From NCBI GenBank assembly GCA_965649765.1, contig OZ287748.1, forward strand, positions 75,330,001 through 75,394,000: a DNA stretch of 64,000 nucleotides. The letters run 5' to 3'. The position numbers and the translations under genes are program-made. The notes below the pieces were generated by a model. The model searched no databases and had not been told where the DNA came from. It saw nothing but the letters and a program-made list of their open reading frames with translations. Positions 49,265 to 62,666 of this stretch are shown one piece after another; positions within the stretch are counted from its first letter, which is position 1, and each line of letters opens with the position of its first letter. This stretch comes from Bispira polyomma (Eukaryota).

Positions 49265-52200
49265 ATGCAACGACAAGGTGCTGGCGATTTTAGTTCTGGT
49301 GTACCAGTCTTATATAGTCACAGTTGATTGTGGCCAGTATAAAGGGCGATGCAACATAAATCTTCCCGCCTTCTCGCAAAATGTTTATGATATGTGATTT
49401 CAGTAGACAGTTGATGTGTTTTATCTGTTGTATTTTAAGTGTTTTAGTACCCTATTTTAATCATACTCTCTTAAAATGCCGCGTAATAAAGTATATAGTT
49501 ATTTAATGTGTACGAAAAAGCATGAAAGGCCAATTGGCAACAGATGTGCATATAATAAGGATGTCTCATTTGAGGAATCCATCACCGACGCTGACTCGAG
49601 TGATGAAGCACAACAAACTTCAGCTTTTGATGGCAACCAGTAACCAGCAGTACTTCTCAGGGTGTAGGGGCACGGGGTATCAGTAAGGGGCAAATATGGC
49701 TAAGCAGGACTCAGCAAATTGCACATTTTTTCAGGATGGTATGTGTAAGTTCTCCAACAGTGAGGAAACGCCTATTTTAAACATGTGTTAAGGAGCCCAT
49801 GAAAGCAACACTTGCAGCTACAAAAACAGTAAAAAACTGAGGGGCCATTGTTACAATGCAGCGGGCGATAAAAAGTAAAAGAATTGAAGTATACAGTAGA
49901 AGTGTATATATGACAGACTTTCAAGCATTTCAGATGTTTGACAAGGCTGTCATTTCTCAAATGTGTAAATATAACAGGGGTAAACAGCTTCAGTATAGTT
50001 ATAGTAAAGACGTGAAGAAAGTATGGAGAAGTAGTAGAATCAATACACAGAGGTTTGAACAATACGAGGGAGGCAGTAAACCAAATGCCAACAATTAATA
50101 TTGTGGGAAAATTAGAAAAATGCAACATAAACAAGGGTTCAATTACCACATCTCACAAAAGCACCTGGGTTAAAAACCACGTAAGTGTCAACTTTCTATT
50201 GTTTAGGTTGAAGAGGGCGAAAACAATATCCAAACTCACAAGGCAGAATGCAGTGAGGGAGGGAAATCTATTATGAAAGGCCGGGTTGGCCGAAACAATA
50301 CAAAAGTAGAACTAAAAAATGTCAACAAGAAAGGGGCAAGTATTATGGCAAGTGTGGAAACACACAATAGATTAGATTACTCAACAGCCAATGTGCCTTA
50401 GTGTGGTCACTGATATGGGGGAGGGGTGTAATGAAACAACAAAGGAAACAAACATTGCAAGCGACAACCGAATTTGTTTCAAAACAAACACAAACGTGTC
50501 TGACATCAATATGAAAATCAATAACCCCAAGTGCAAAGACGTGTATTGCTCCAGCATAGACAATACAATACAACAACTATTAATGATAAATATGCCTTAG
50601 AACTTAAGCGAAAAATCAACAACCTTGAATTGCTGAATAAAGCTTCAAATGATAATACTTATTTTACTCCTCTGTCAAAACCTCTGCTGCAAAGTATGAG
50701 AAAGTAAATCCGGAAATTATTGCCTTGATGTGCTACAAATGCACATTGTAGACCTCAGTTGGCCTCTGGGCCAATCTAAAATGGGACTCCTATTATGAAG
50801 ACAGAGCACTTCCTTTCGGTTAACAAAACAGATCTTATATTTTCCAGAAAAGAAAGCATCCACAATTATGTTGACGATTATTTATGTATATCGTTACTCA
50901 GCAAAATAAACACAATTTACACTAGGGCTCACTATGAGCAGTAAAAAATTTATCGACCCTAGTACCAATGTTGTATGCTTGGACATTCTCATAAATACAG
51001 TAGACTTCCCCACTTTAATCATTGAAGACAAACTCAAAATAGTAAAACAAATGTGTCAAAATTGGTGAGACAATGACTATTGTAACAAACGAGAACTGCA
51101 GTCCCTACTTGGCTCATTAAAGTACATCTGTTCATTCAAACAGAATGCTACAATTGCTCAGAGATAATCATGATATGAAAATATTTTGCATATAACATGA
51201 CATTAAGATAAAATTAAAATGGTTTACTACATCCATGAAGCAATTTAATGGCGTTGCATTCTTTTCACACAAACCGGTTGATGCCCAGATCGAACTCGAC
51301 GCTTGCCTAACTTGTACGGGTGTCATATATATAGTCTATAAATTATCCATACAATATCAAATGTCTCAAGACAAGATTGCTTCCCTTTAAATGCTCAATA
51401 TACTGGTTGTTTTGAAATTATGGGCTAGAATATAGAAGGAAAAAGGGTAATTTTAAATTTGTGACAACCAAACCGTGGTCAGTATATTGGAGACTGGCCG
51501 CACTAAAGATCTGATTTTAGCCACATACACCAGAAATATTCATTCATATACTGGGTATAAAAATAAAGTCGCCGACCTGCTTTCCAGATGAGACAATACT
51601 AAAAATAATAACCAACTCTTAAGTGAATGGGGAGGGGGCTGTAACATGGCTCTCAACAAATGTGTCATTATTAAATATAGATAATCATCTATAGCATATA
51701 TAGTATTATTGTTATATATTCCAGGTGTAAACCCATTGGGCACACTGCTGACAAAAGCTGCTTGTAAACGGATGCACACTGCTTTTTGGCAGCAAAAGCC
51801 TATCATAGCATGTTTAGGCTCTTCCTCGATTTTGGCGTTTTCTTGGAATGGCCTGTTGCTCAGGTGAAAGTATTTCCATTGCTGTCTTATTTAGAGTTCT
51901 TAAATTTTAATAGTGTGTCTGCTTCCCAAATTGCCAATCATTTGTCGGCAGTTCAAGCCAAATGTATTTTGTTTCATATTAAAGTAGATGTATTATCTGA
52001 CCCAAGAATCTCTTATAGCAGAGCCTTGTCAATTACCAGACCCTCCATACCCAAAATTATGTTTGACATATCATTATTATTACCTTGGGTTAAAAGATTT
52101 GACTGTACCTACATGGGACAAGTCTGCAAAGTTTTATATTTGACAATTTTGTTCAGCTTTCTGAGGCTGTCAAATTTGTGTCTTTATTCTGTTGACAGTT

Positions 52201-53230
52201 TCTATCCACTGAAGCACCTGGCCAGAGGGGACGTGCTTTTGAAACCTGGGTATGTAATAATTCTCATTAAACGGTTAAACACCATGCAAACAAATGACAC
52301 AGTCAAGTTATTGACACTGACTGTTTTGCCTAATTCTAAGCTATGTCCAGTACCTGCCAGTTGTTCTAGATATCACACCCTCTGGCCAAAATATTTCCTT
52401 GTTTCAGTACAAATTATCTGGTTCCTGGGTGCCCATGATTGACATTCGGGTTTTGGAAAATGTTAGGTCTCACTGTATGCCTTCCAGCTCAACTTTATTG
52501 CACCTGGACGTCAAGCTGTATATGGCGGTATATAACAGACTCGGCTCAAGTCGAGTCCCAGGTAGCTGATTCCTTCAGCAAGGCGTTATAACATACCTGT
52601 TAGTTTATCTGGTGTTCTGGGACATCTTATGTCCCCCTGTAAATTTATTATATACAAAGATTAATGTGATCAAACAATTAAAGATGACAGTAATTATTTG
52701 ATACTGTCTCGGGGCATAAGGTTAACTTACATTGGGTAGTACATAATGTACTCATCCATATAACTTTAGACTTACCTGAAAATTCAGTCAACCTTAACTT
52801 AATCTCTTACATTCATTTATGGTAACCTTAGCTAAATTACTCACCTGAATTTATGGTAACCTTAAGTAAAATCCTTACCTTAATTTATGGTAATCTTATG
52901 CTCTTATTACAAAATGGCTGTCAAGTCATTTTACTCGGGCTGTGTGCCCTCAAAGACTTGCGGTGTTGTATATGTATGGCTAATACTTGTAAATAGCACC
53001 GAATCCTGCCAAGAAAATCTCAATTAACAGAATGCTACGGGACCTGCAAGCTGACCATAGAACAGCTTTGCACAATTGAAGCACACGTCGTTCTAACTTT
53101 CCATGAAAGACACTTAAAAGACCTATAAATTAAGTTAACCTTAACTAAATCTTTTACCTGAATTTATGGTAACCTTAACTAAATTCCTTACATGAATTTA
53201 TGGTAACCTTAAGTGATATAACAATAACCT
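49265..53230 (+). mobile_element. DIRS-order (Ngaro-like) YR retrotransposon, element 4, multiply deleted
   Basis: TATA 49338, gag ATG 49476 (..CTKKHERPIGNRC), AAAAAACTGA 49831, NYVDDY at ~50864, ELDAC RNase H, YR 51725-~52600 (FLRLSNL, LARGDV, KLCPV), palindromic 3' region. Confidence 0.88.
52815..53215 (+). repeat. 34-bp minisatellite (two blocks of ~3 units) containing TTAxGGTAACCTTAA
   Basis: Unit atttatggtaaccttaactaaattccttacctga at ~52815, 52849, 52883 and ~53128, 53162, 53196. Confidence 0.85.
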
Positions 53231-53529
53231 AAGTGAGTATACGTGACTATATTGACCATACTACAGTAATTTGTTGTAATAGGTGTGCCTTATATTTCTG
53301 GATGTAGTGTAGTTTTACATTAAAAGCCAAGAAAATAGCTGCAATTTATGTGGCCAATAACCATAGAGCTATGACCTAATTATGCACAAACACGCAAGGC
53401 CCCTCATATCAGGAGGGAGATTGCTAAACCTTAAGGGCTATAAAAACAATAAACATACATCAACATTAACTCCCAACTAGTATTATCTAGAGTAATAGGA
53501 GAGAACAATGCATGGCTTTCATGGAATAA

Positions 53530-53735
53530 AATAGAGGGGTACTCAGTAGAGAGCATACTTCCGCCAATGCCCCTCAGTCCAAATAATAATTGGTATATTC
53601 GCTAAGATTTAATAGATTCTTCTTTGGCCCATATTCCATGCCTTCCATCAAAATTCTTGTAAATTGGTAGTTTTGTGTACTCCTAGTAACAAATAACCCA
53701 ACGTCTGTAAAAACATACCCTCCTCACAAGTAATA
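53530..53735 (+). mobile_element. Helentron-associated (HINE/DINE-like) non-autonomous element
   Basis: actcagtagagagcatacttccgccaatgcc head, ttcttctttggcccat..ccttccatcaaaatt body, aaacataccctcct tail; related reverse copy ~60957-61090. Confidence 0.55.
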
Positions 53736-54084
53736 AGTAGGACCTAGCTAATAGGATACAATACTTTAAAATCACATTAATTCCAGCACCACAGATATTT
53801 ATAGGCATCTTTCACTGTTAATCCGTCTTTGGAATTTCCTGTGACATCACTTTTTCGCATCATACACAAGTAGACAAATACATGTAACAAAAAGTCATGA
53901 ACACATCACTAACGCTTTACGAATACACACTTATGCTCACTAATCCACACTTCAGGCCATGTTTACACATGTATACATCGTGTACATGACATATACATGG
54001 CACTAATCGCCACCTGTACAGACAAATGATCACACAAATGGATCTACATCACTCTGAACTTTTTCTCACTTTTACAGACATATA

Positions 54085-54390
54085 GACTTTATTTCAACTA
54101 CAAAGGCTTCCTACATTCTATATTGATGCTGGTACTAATGGATGCTGGCTATAAGTTTATCTGGTTGGATTTCGGCAGTAATTGTGCCTGCAGAAATGCA
54201 CAGATTTTTAATAACTGTCTTCTCAAACATATGATCTATGACGACACCATCAGGCTCATTCAGCCTGACTTACTGCCACATGCTCACAGAGCCATGCCAC
54301 ACTTTATCATTGCTGGTGATGTCTTTGCCCTTGCTCATGAAACCTTTCCCCAAGTGTAGCTTAACTGTTACTGAGAATATATTCAATACC
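54085..54390 (+). pseudogene. PIF/Harbinger (HARBI1-like, DDE_Tnp_4) transposase fragment
   Basis: FNYKGF, DAGYKFIWLDFGSN, AQIFNN, MPHFIIAGDVFAL, LMKPF..LT..ENIFN; catalytic Asp positions degraded. Confidence 0.85.
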
Positions 54391-55029
54391 AATACCTTAA
54401 CCCATCAGTGGAGCCTTCAGCTTTTAACAGATAGAAAAAAGGGCATATGAACTAAAATCAAGGAAAATCAAGGTTGAATGCAAATACATAGGAGCCTGTC
54501 ACAACTGCTCAATTGTCGAATTATATTTGCATTTCTTCGTTTACCATTCTCAATTACAGTTCTGATTATCCGAACAACAGTAAGAGGCTACAAATTATGT
54601 TAAAATTACAAACTGCAGGGCATAAACATACAGAACAATATATCCAGCCTTTTACCAGCATTAGTTTAAAAGTTCAGTGTATTACTTATGTTAACAGATG
54701 ATGGGCTACTGAAAAACCAAACCAAATTTACAGAATTCAATGGATATCAGTATTGCGTGTGAATCAATACATTGCATGTAATAGTTTTGTTTCATTTACT
54801 TTAATAATTTATAATAAATTTACTTTAAATCACATTAAATTTAGATTGTAAATTCTTGGCATCCTTGTCCAGTTCATTGGTGTCAAGTCAAGATATCTTG
54901 AATTTGAAGATATTAAACACAATAAAAGATTGCGTTAAAATTACTTATTAGTGACGATGTTAATAAATTTTAATATTGGTAGATTATTCCTTGTATATAT
55001 TATATTTGCAGGAGATGTTCTAGACTGCC

Positions 55030-57270
55030 AAACACCAAAAAGACTATGAGGTATGCTGTAATGCCTGGCTGAAGGAATTGACTACCTAGGTCCCGACTGG
55101 AGCCTGTATTTTCCACCTACCATATATGACACTACATACTGTACATACTATATATAATTATCTACATTTAATAATGACACATCAACTGGGAACCATGTTA
55201 CAGGGCCCACCCATTCATGTAATAGTTAATTATTATTATTGTCTTGTCTCATCTGGAACATAATCATCGATATAATTGTGGATATGAAACCCTTCTTTGA
55301 GCATTATAAACCTAACTGCGTCCGATAATCGCTGAAAAATAGTCGTCTATTACTGGAGCTTGATTTATTGTGCGTCATCATTGGTAAAAAGTGCAGGCTT
55401 TCTATTAGAGGACTTTTTAACGGGTCGAGTATGGCCCCGAATTGGCATTCTGCGTTCAAATATATATCGACGTGTTCGGAAAAGCCATTAGATGACTTGT
55501 GATTAGTACCGTCTAATTGGCTGATGTTTTTGCACTCACGATCATGGGGAAACCTGTATTTGACCAATAAGGGCAATTGCCACTGCCAGTACGACTAGTA
55601 ATTGGGGACCTCTGTAATTGTGTCTTCCATTGTTTGCAAGTTTATGGTGCATTTGTAGCACATCAAGGCCATAATTTCCGGATTTACTATCCGGCAATCT
55701 AAAACCAATTTTTTTTATGCCATTACATTATGTTTCATCGTTTTTGGCTTTATTAAAGAATTCACACTTTTTCTATTTTTTGTTTAAGTTCTAAAGCATA
55801 TTAATCATTTGAAGTGACGCCTTCAGTGTTGATAACTGATGTATTGTTTATGCTGGAGAAATACACATCTTTGCCCTTGGAGTTATTGAGTTATGTATAT
55901 ACACTTTTTGCTTTAGGGAAAATCTGGTTGTCGCTTGCAGTGTTGGCTTCTGGTGTTGTCTTATTACCCCCCCCCCCCCCCCCCATATTATTAACCACAC
56001 TGGGGAAGGTGGGCTGACCAAGAATTTGAAATTTATTGTGCAACAAGATTTGCCCGAGTTTTAACACCTGCCACAATACTCGCCCCTTTATTGTTAGCAT
56101 TTTTATTTGTTACTTTTGTATTGACCAGGCCTTCCACAATAGATTTCCCTCCCTTACTACATTTTGCCTTGTGAGTTTAGCTATTGTTTCGGCCCAGTTC
56201 AATCTGCACAATAGAAAATTGACATTAACTGCGTTCTTCAACCTGGGGGCTTTTGTGAACTTTTGCCAAGTTTGTTAGTTGAATCCTTGTTTGTTTTATA
56301 TTTTTAATTTTTCCCACTAAATAATTGTTGGCATTTGATAAAAAAATTCCTGGCAGTCCTCCATCAGACTAGCCATATACTCTAACATTTTTCTTTAATT
56401 TAGTACGATTTCTCATCCTGGTTAATTCTAGTAAACCCACATACTCACTGGTTGAGCGACAAATCGTTGTATCTTAGCCTTGTTTTTAAGTTACCTGCTA
56501 GTATGTAATTTTGAGGCCACTCTACCACCTTTTTTTACCAATATGTCTATACATAAACCTCTCTGGGGTTTCACCTTAACTTAAGTAGGGTTTTCATTTA
56601 ACTCTTTTAATTTAACGAGCATCTGCTCGACTTGACTTTGAATACTGGTATTTTTTCAAAGAAATTCGACACTAGGAATGACACTTTCACTGACACTACT
56701 TTCAATTTTTTTTATTGCTAATGTTTACAGAATTACTTGTAGAATTGGAACTACTCACTTGTATTTTGCTGAGGTATCTAGCCAACGCTGCCTTCGTAAG
56801 AAGCACCTGCTGGTCCATGCACTCCATCATTTGGCCATAGGTTGTAATAAGATCTGTTTTAAAACTATCGCGAGGTTGACATCAAGAGCTGGATTTCGTA
56901 GTGCTTCCTCACTTGGGACAAAGTTGGTGGCAGATTCCTCAAACAAACATCCTTATTAAATGCACATCTATTGCCAATCGGCCTTTCATGCTTCTTCATG
57001 CATTTTAAACAATTGTATACTTCATTAGTGACATTTTAAGAGAGTATGATTACAATAAAGTACTAAAAATACTTAATATCTAACAAATAAAACACATTAA
57101 CTCTCTAATAAAATGATGTATAGTATTTTGATGTTGCTATTCTGTAAATATTTCATGAAAAAGCGGGACAATATCAATTGCATCGCCTTTTATACTGGCC
57201 GCATTCGACTGTGACTGAATAAGACTGTTACTCCAGAACTGAAAACGCCAGCGCCTTTGCATTGCCTTCT
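55030..57270 (-). mobile_element. DIRS-order YR retrotransposon, element 5 (close relative of element 4, inverted)
   Basis: 56920-57270 is the reverse complement homolog of 49265-49590; gag CLKCMKKHERPIGNRC; RT N-part (NHKSS..GAILDP..MMTHNK); RNase H tail VTWFPVDVSLLNVDNYI*; most of YR deleted. Confidence 0.88.
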
Positions 57271-57639
57271 AGTAGTTGGCCATGTCATACAGGATGTGGT
57301 TAGCTAGAACCCATTTAAGGATGTCAGTCTCAGTGTCTAAGTGCAAAATATGTGGTTGGTCTCTCACGTTACCTGCTTTTTTTTGGTGCTGTTTTGAGTT
57401 TCCTTTGGGGTGGGGTTTTGGTTATCTTCTGCAGCTTGTGTGGCTAGTGTATCTCAACAAATTAGTTGCATATCACTAAAAATACGTCATACTTTGTCAC
57501 AGTATGGGCACTATGTCACAACTCGTGGCAGAATAGAATTTGGCAGCCTGTAACATGTTCATTGTGATAGTATAATTATAACAGACCTCCTTGATTTTTA
57601 GGCCCAAGAATGTATTTAGAAGAATGTAACCGAAATGTG

Positions 57640-57777
57640 ACTGGGCTTAAGCTAATATAGCACTGTGTTTCATGTATTAGGTTGAGGGATATTACTGCTC
57701 AGCTTAGTGTAACTGGGGTTTAAAGCTAATGTAGCAGTGGGTTTCATGTATTGCGTTAAGGGATATTACTGCTTAGC
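57640..57777 (+). repeat. ~72-bp tandem duplication
   Basis: actggg..aagctaat.tagca.tg.gtttcatgtatt..gtt.agggatattactgct.agc occurs twice. Confidence 0.85.
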
Positions 57778-58011
57778 AATTTAAGGCCTTACTTCTTTAA
57801 GTTAGTGACGCAGTTATTTGGGCCCAAAGTATTTTACTTTTCTTAGATTCAGTTTGTCTTTCTATTTTGGTATATTTAACATCATGCGACCTTATCTTAA
57901 AGTATAACCTTTTTAGTATGTGAACCCTTTCGTCACCTATTCACTTAATGTGACCTCAATTTTAGCAGTAGTTCAACTTAGTTAGAAATGTAGTAATGCT
58001 ATTGTATATCT

Positions 58012-58150
58012 CCCGTGGCCTAATGGTCAGGAAGTTGGTTTTGTGGTCGGAAGGTGCAAGGTTTAGCTCCTGCTAATGCCCAAAAGCAGGTTAACATCAT
58101 TTGGCAAGATGTGAACACGTCATTGCCTGCTGTTGACGACTCAGACTTTT
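58012..58150 (+). mobile_element. Degenerate tRNA-derived SINE
   Basis: gtggcctaatggtcagg A-box, ggtttagctcc B-box-like, tttggcaagatgtgaac..ttgcct CORE-like body. Confidence 0.45.
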
Positions 58151-59799
58151 GTTGTAGGAGACAGAATTGGTTGATTGCAATTTAGCATATGCCTCACACC
58201 AATAAAGTGTGTCAATTTATAATATACAATAAAATATAGTTAAATATACTGTACAATACAGTATATAATAGACTGACATTATAGTCATAACAATAAATAG
58301 TTATCCCATTTCTTATGTTTGTGCGAATGTGACCTATTTTACTTGGTTAATAGGGATTGTACTTACTGTTAGTACTAGTGCTTAACGTGACCTTATACTG
58401 AAAAGTGGTATGAAAAAATCTACTTAGGCTGCAACGGTTGATCGTGACTTCAACAGTACCAATGTCCCACCCTCACCATTTAATGTTTGTCACCCGCTGA
58501 TACTAAGCTGATGTCTCACTGGGTTTGTAACTGTTTAGTCCTGTTTTACAAAACAGAGAAGACCATTACTGTATAATTGTTGTTGTTTGTTTTTGCACCG
58601 TTAAAAATGTAATTTTGATTTTATGCCATTATTAAAGGTGTGGATTAAATACATACGTAGGTTATTAAAAGAATGGATGATATACAATTAAAGAATAATG
58701 TTTACGTATTAATGTCCCATTTATGATGCAACATGTTACTTTAATATTAACTTATAAATACTAAATCAATATAACTGGATGTCATTCTGGACTATAACAT
58801 TAATATTTACTCTAAAAGCTATTACATTTCACAAATATATTAACAATGTCTCATTTCTCATGTGTGTTTTTTTCAATTCTTACAAGAAATTAGTAAGCAC
58901 TTTACTATGATTAAAACGTCTACCCAGTTGCAAACATATGAGACATAAACTTTCATTTCCAGAACTAACTATAGTGGAAAAAATATAGAAAATTACAATT
59001 CGTCAATTGATGTTTACTACAATGGAAACATTCAACCCGAATGTCATCTTACTGTCATTTCACCCCAAACTAGTTCCTTCTGGGCTAACAAAAAACATAT
59101 TTTCACCCACTTTTCATTATAGTGCTGTTTGATGCACACAGGCCATACAGGTTCAGGTCAAGAAAGGTCAACACCCAATAACACAGGAAAAACACAGTAA
59201 TGCATGAAATTATATTTATTTACAAAATCTCTAAACTAATAATTATGTACACGTCCAAGTTACTAAACTACATTATGGCTGTTAGACATTTATTAGAATA
59301 TACAGTAATACAGGCTAATATATAGTGCCAAAACAAAGCACAACAACTCTATCATAAGTGATAAACAAGACAATTCCAAAAGGTTATAGGCCTCCATAAA
59401 CAAAATTCTGCATTGAACATTCAAAAAAGTTCTCCCCATAAATCACTGTCTTACACTTTTACCAGATAAATTTGGAAATTTTTTTATTGATAAAATCAGC
59501 AACATTTGTGACTGTTTTTAGAGATGTATCATTTCTGTCCTCCAACCCCAGGGTATAAGGTTTCTAACCTGTGCCATTTCTGCACACTTTTCCGAGCAGG
59601 ATCTCCTAAATCTAGATCCTATTCAAGCCGTTATGCTAAATCAATACTTCAACATTCTAGTCACACCCATAACCAACATAGAACATTTTTTCTCTTTAGT
59701 ATGGTATTTTTCCCACCTGTTTCAAGTGTGCAAAAGTAACTCTCTTGGTAAGAAGCAATGGCTTGATTGGAACCAGCTCAAAAACAACAGACAGGTGTC

Positions 59800-60560
59800 A
59801 ACCTCAGCTTTGTCTTTAAAGTCATCAAGAAAGCTACCTTCCGAAAATGTCAAAAACCTGGGTGTCACTTTTGATTCGGCTTTTTGGTTTGACACACCTA
59901 TTGCCAACATCTGTCGCTCTTACTATTTCCAAATACACGACATCGAAAGAATCCGAAACCACCTGTCAATGGACACTGCGATAACTGTGGCTAACGTCTT
60001 TGTGAGCAGCCGCCTTGACTACTGCAACTCTCTTCTGTTTGGAGTAAACAAGTCACAAATTAAAAAACTTTAGTCTATTCAAAACTACCTATGCAGTGGG
60101 ATTTTTTGCATGGGTGATCGCACAGACGTCATTCCTTACCTCAAAAGATTACACTGGCTGCCCATTCACTCTCGAATTTTGTTCAAAATTCACGTTACCA
60201 CTTTTAAGGCTGTAGTCACTCAACAGCCCACCCTTCTCTCTTTCAGTCACCATAAGAGAGGACTCTCTGTTTCTTTGGTCAGACCCATCAGAAAGGCAGG
60301 ATCCAGAGCTTTCTCCATTGCAGCTCCCTTGATATGGAACAGTCTTGTTATGGAACAGTTGACCTCAGACCAATTGTTACACTCATCAGTTTCAGGAATA
60401 AGCTTAAAACCTTTCTTTTCAACTTTGCCTACCCACCTTAGTTGCCCAGATTACGCTCCCACATCTTTTCTTACGACTTTGCTATGCCTATGGACTTTAC
60501 GATTGGATCAGTGATTCTGCTTTAGAAGATGCCTAGCATCAATAAAGCACGTTAAAAATT
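59800..60560 (+). mobile_element. L2 LINE 3' fragment
   Basis: VKNLGVTFDS, VSSRLDYCNSLL, LHWLPIHSRI, GSRAFSIAAP..WNSL; same family as 8670-9170. Confidence 0.9.
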
Positions 60561-60956
60561 CATAATAAAAAACACTGTTACAATGTTTAAGTCACATGGT
60601 TTAGGTGTACTCAATGTCAAGTTCAAGTTAACTTCAACTTGAGTTTTAAGTAGACACTAAATTAAGGTCTGAGGTGACCTTAACATCAGTGTAAGGTTAC
60701 CAAACATTGTTTCTCAAAAGCAAAATTAATTAAGATATGCAACATTTTGTCGCTATATAAGCCTAAGCTAACTCGATTTATTTGTACCGATCAGATAAGT
60801 AATTTTGTCAGACACTGAAATATTTATGCTTCCATACAGCCGATAAAATATGTGTGATATTTCATTGGAATCATTTTATAAAAATATATATTCCACAAAA
60901 AAACACCAAAAAATCTGCAAGAAGTGCCAATACAGATAAGTTTTGGGAAAGTCTCT

Positions 60957-61090
60957 ATTACATCCACCAATGGCAGTCTGTTTGGCCTGTTTGAGAGCAA
61001 GCTTAGATAAAAATTTCTGAATGTAAGATTTTGACAAATTTTTGAGGAGGGCTAGGTCATTGGTTACAAAACAAGCCAGTAAGTTTTAGT
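60957..61090 (-). mobile_element. Decayed HINE-like element
   Basis: attacatccaccaatgg...gattttgacaaatttttgaggagggctaggtcattgg resembles the reverse of 53530-53735. Confidence 0.4.
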
Positions 61091-62269
61091 GCATAGTGAG
61101 TAGCTATTATGTATACTGTAATGAGTATTTAGCTTATACCTCCAAAACTAATGGCTAGAAATGGTTGTATTGGTCAACTAAATTATGCATCTACTTTTTG
61201 GTGTGTTTTTTTTTGTATTTTAACTTCTTGTGCATCTTAATTCTTCATAAGAAAATACAGATTGTGTTGGTTTCCTGTACGAATATACAATACATTACCA
61301 ACTCAATAGCTTATGGGAAAGCTTTAAAAATAGTGTCATTGTCAAATGCATACATAAAATTGCTAAATCTGAAAATCTTCACCAGTTGTAATTGGAAACA
61401 TGATAGGGGTGGTTCCTTCTGCTCCTTTAAAAGAAATTGTATCACTTGTTCTGACTGGATGCTCAACTGGTTCTAAGTTTATCGGTGCACAGCTTGCTTT
61501 AGTGACAGGCTTAACAGATACCTAAGATGCATATGTTTCACAGTAGTTGCAATACACATATTGCCTTACCAAAACAATTTTTCTAACTTGTATGTTTACC
61601 CAAGGGTTCCTCGGTTTAAAATAGTGTGGTGCCTACGAGGGGGTTCACACAAGCTAATTAAGGCAGTCTTAATTGCTGATTGCCCAATAGCCAATAAATG
61701 AGAGACAAAGGAGGGAACAAAAATAGTTTTATAAAAGGGGGTTAAAACTGAAGGGGGTAGGAACTAAAACAGCAGGCCCCCCGAAGGGACCGTGCATACT
61801 GCAGTAAAAATGCTTTTAGACTATTCATAAGATTATTCATAATATGGAAATAGCCAAAATGCTGTAGTTATATTTTTTAGTTTTAAATATAACTAATAAA
61901 TCAACTGTTGGTAATATTTACAGATAAACAAACTTTTAATAAATTTTGTTTTCCCATTGGAAAGTAAAACTGAGAAAAAACCTAAAATAAACAATCCAGG
62001 GGCTTGGAAAGCTCTCAGTGAGCCTATAACTTTATCATTATTCTTAACAAACAACCGACATTTTCCAACATGAATCATATTTAGCTGCTTAATGCTGTTA
62101 TTATTTTAATCTCTCTAACCAATAAACTTTCATTTATAAGTTCCTTAAAGGAAAAAAATATTAATTCTGTTAAAAGAACAAAGGACTTGCTAATGAAGTG
62201 TTATGGGGACCTTTGAAAGGATTCTTTTTGATTCGAAACATAAAGCAAATTTTACTGAACAAGAAAAAT

Positions 62270-62660
62270 AAATTGGTTTATGTCGTAAAGAATTCTGCAC
62301 TTTGTCCGGTTACATCTATCAAAAACCTCTTAGCCACAATCCCATCAAGTAACAATAATCCTTTGTTCCAGGAAAGTACAGGAATAAATATAATTGGGTT
62401 CCCCTAACGGAGACCACAGTTAATCACCATCTTAAAAATGTGTTGAACATATTAAGTTAAAATAATTTTAAATTAACAATTCATTCTCTCTGATGTTCAG
62501 GTGCCACATTTGATTCCAACCATTATGTTGAGATTTAAAACCTTCAACGACATGGCATCTTCAGCACCTGGATGTTGGATTGTATTTGCCGACGTATTGC
62601 AGATTCACCTGATGCCAGCTCTGAAGTAGCCGACACCTTTAGAATACATTTTACTCCTAT
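62270..62660 (+). pseudogene. Tyrosine recombinase C-terminal relic (YR element 6)
   Basis: NSALCPVTSIKNLLATIPSSNNNPLFQ, HSL*CSGATF, LQRHG..TWMLDCI..SEVADTF homologous to the other YRs. Confidence 0.85.
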
Positions 62661-62666
62661 CTTATC

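Noticed and set aside
52815-53215. CRISPR array or loxP-like 34-bp sites
   Set aside because: Units are directly adjacent with no unique spacers and no cas genes; palindrome has a 1-nt centre, not 13-8-13 architecture.
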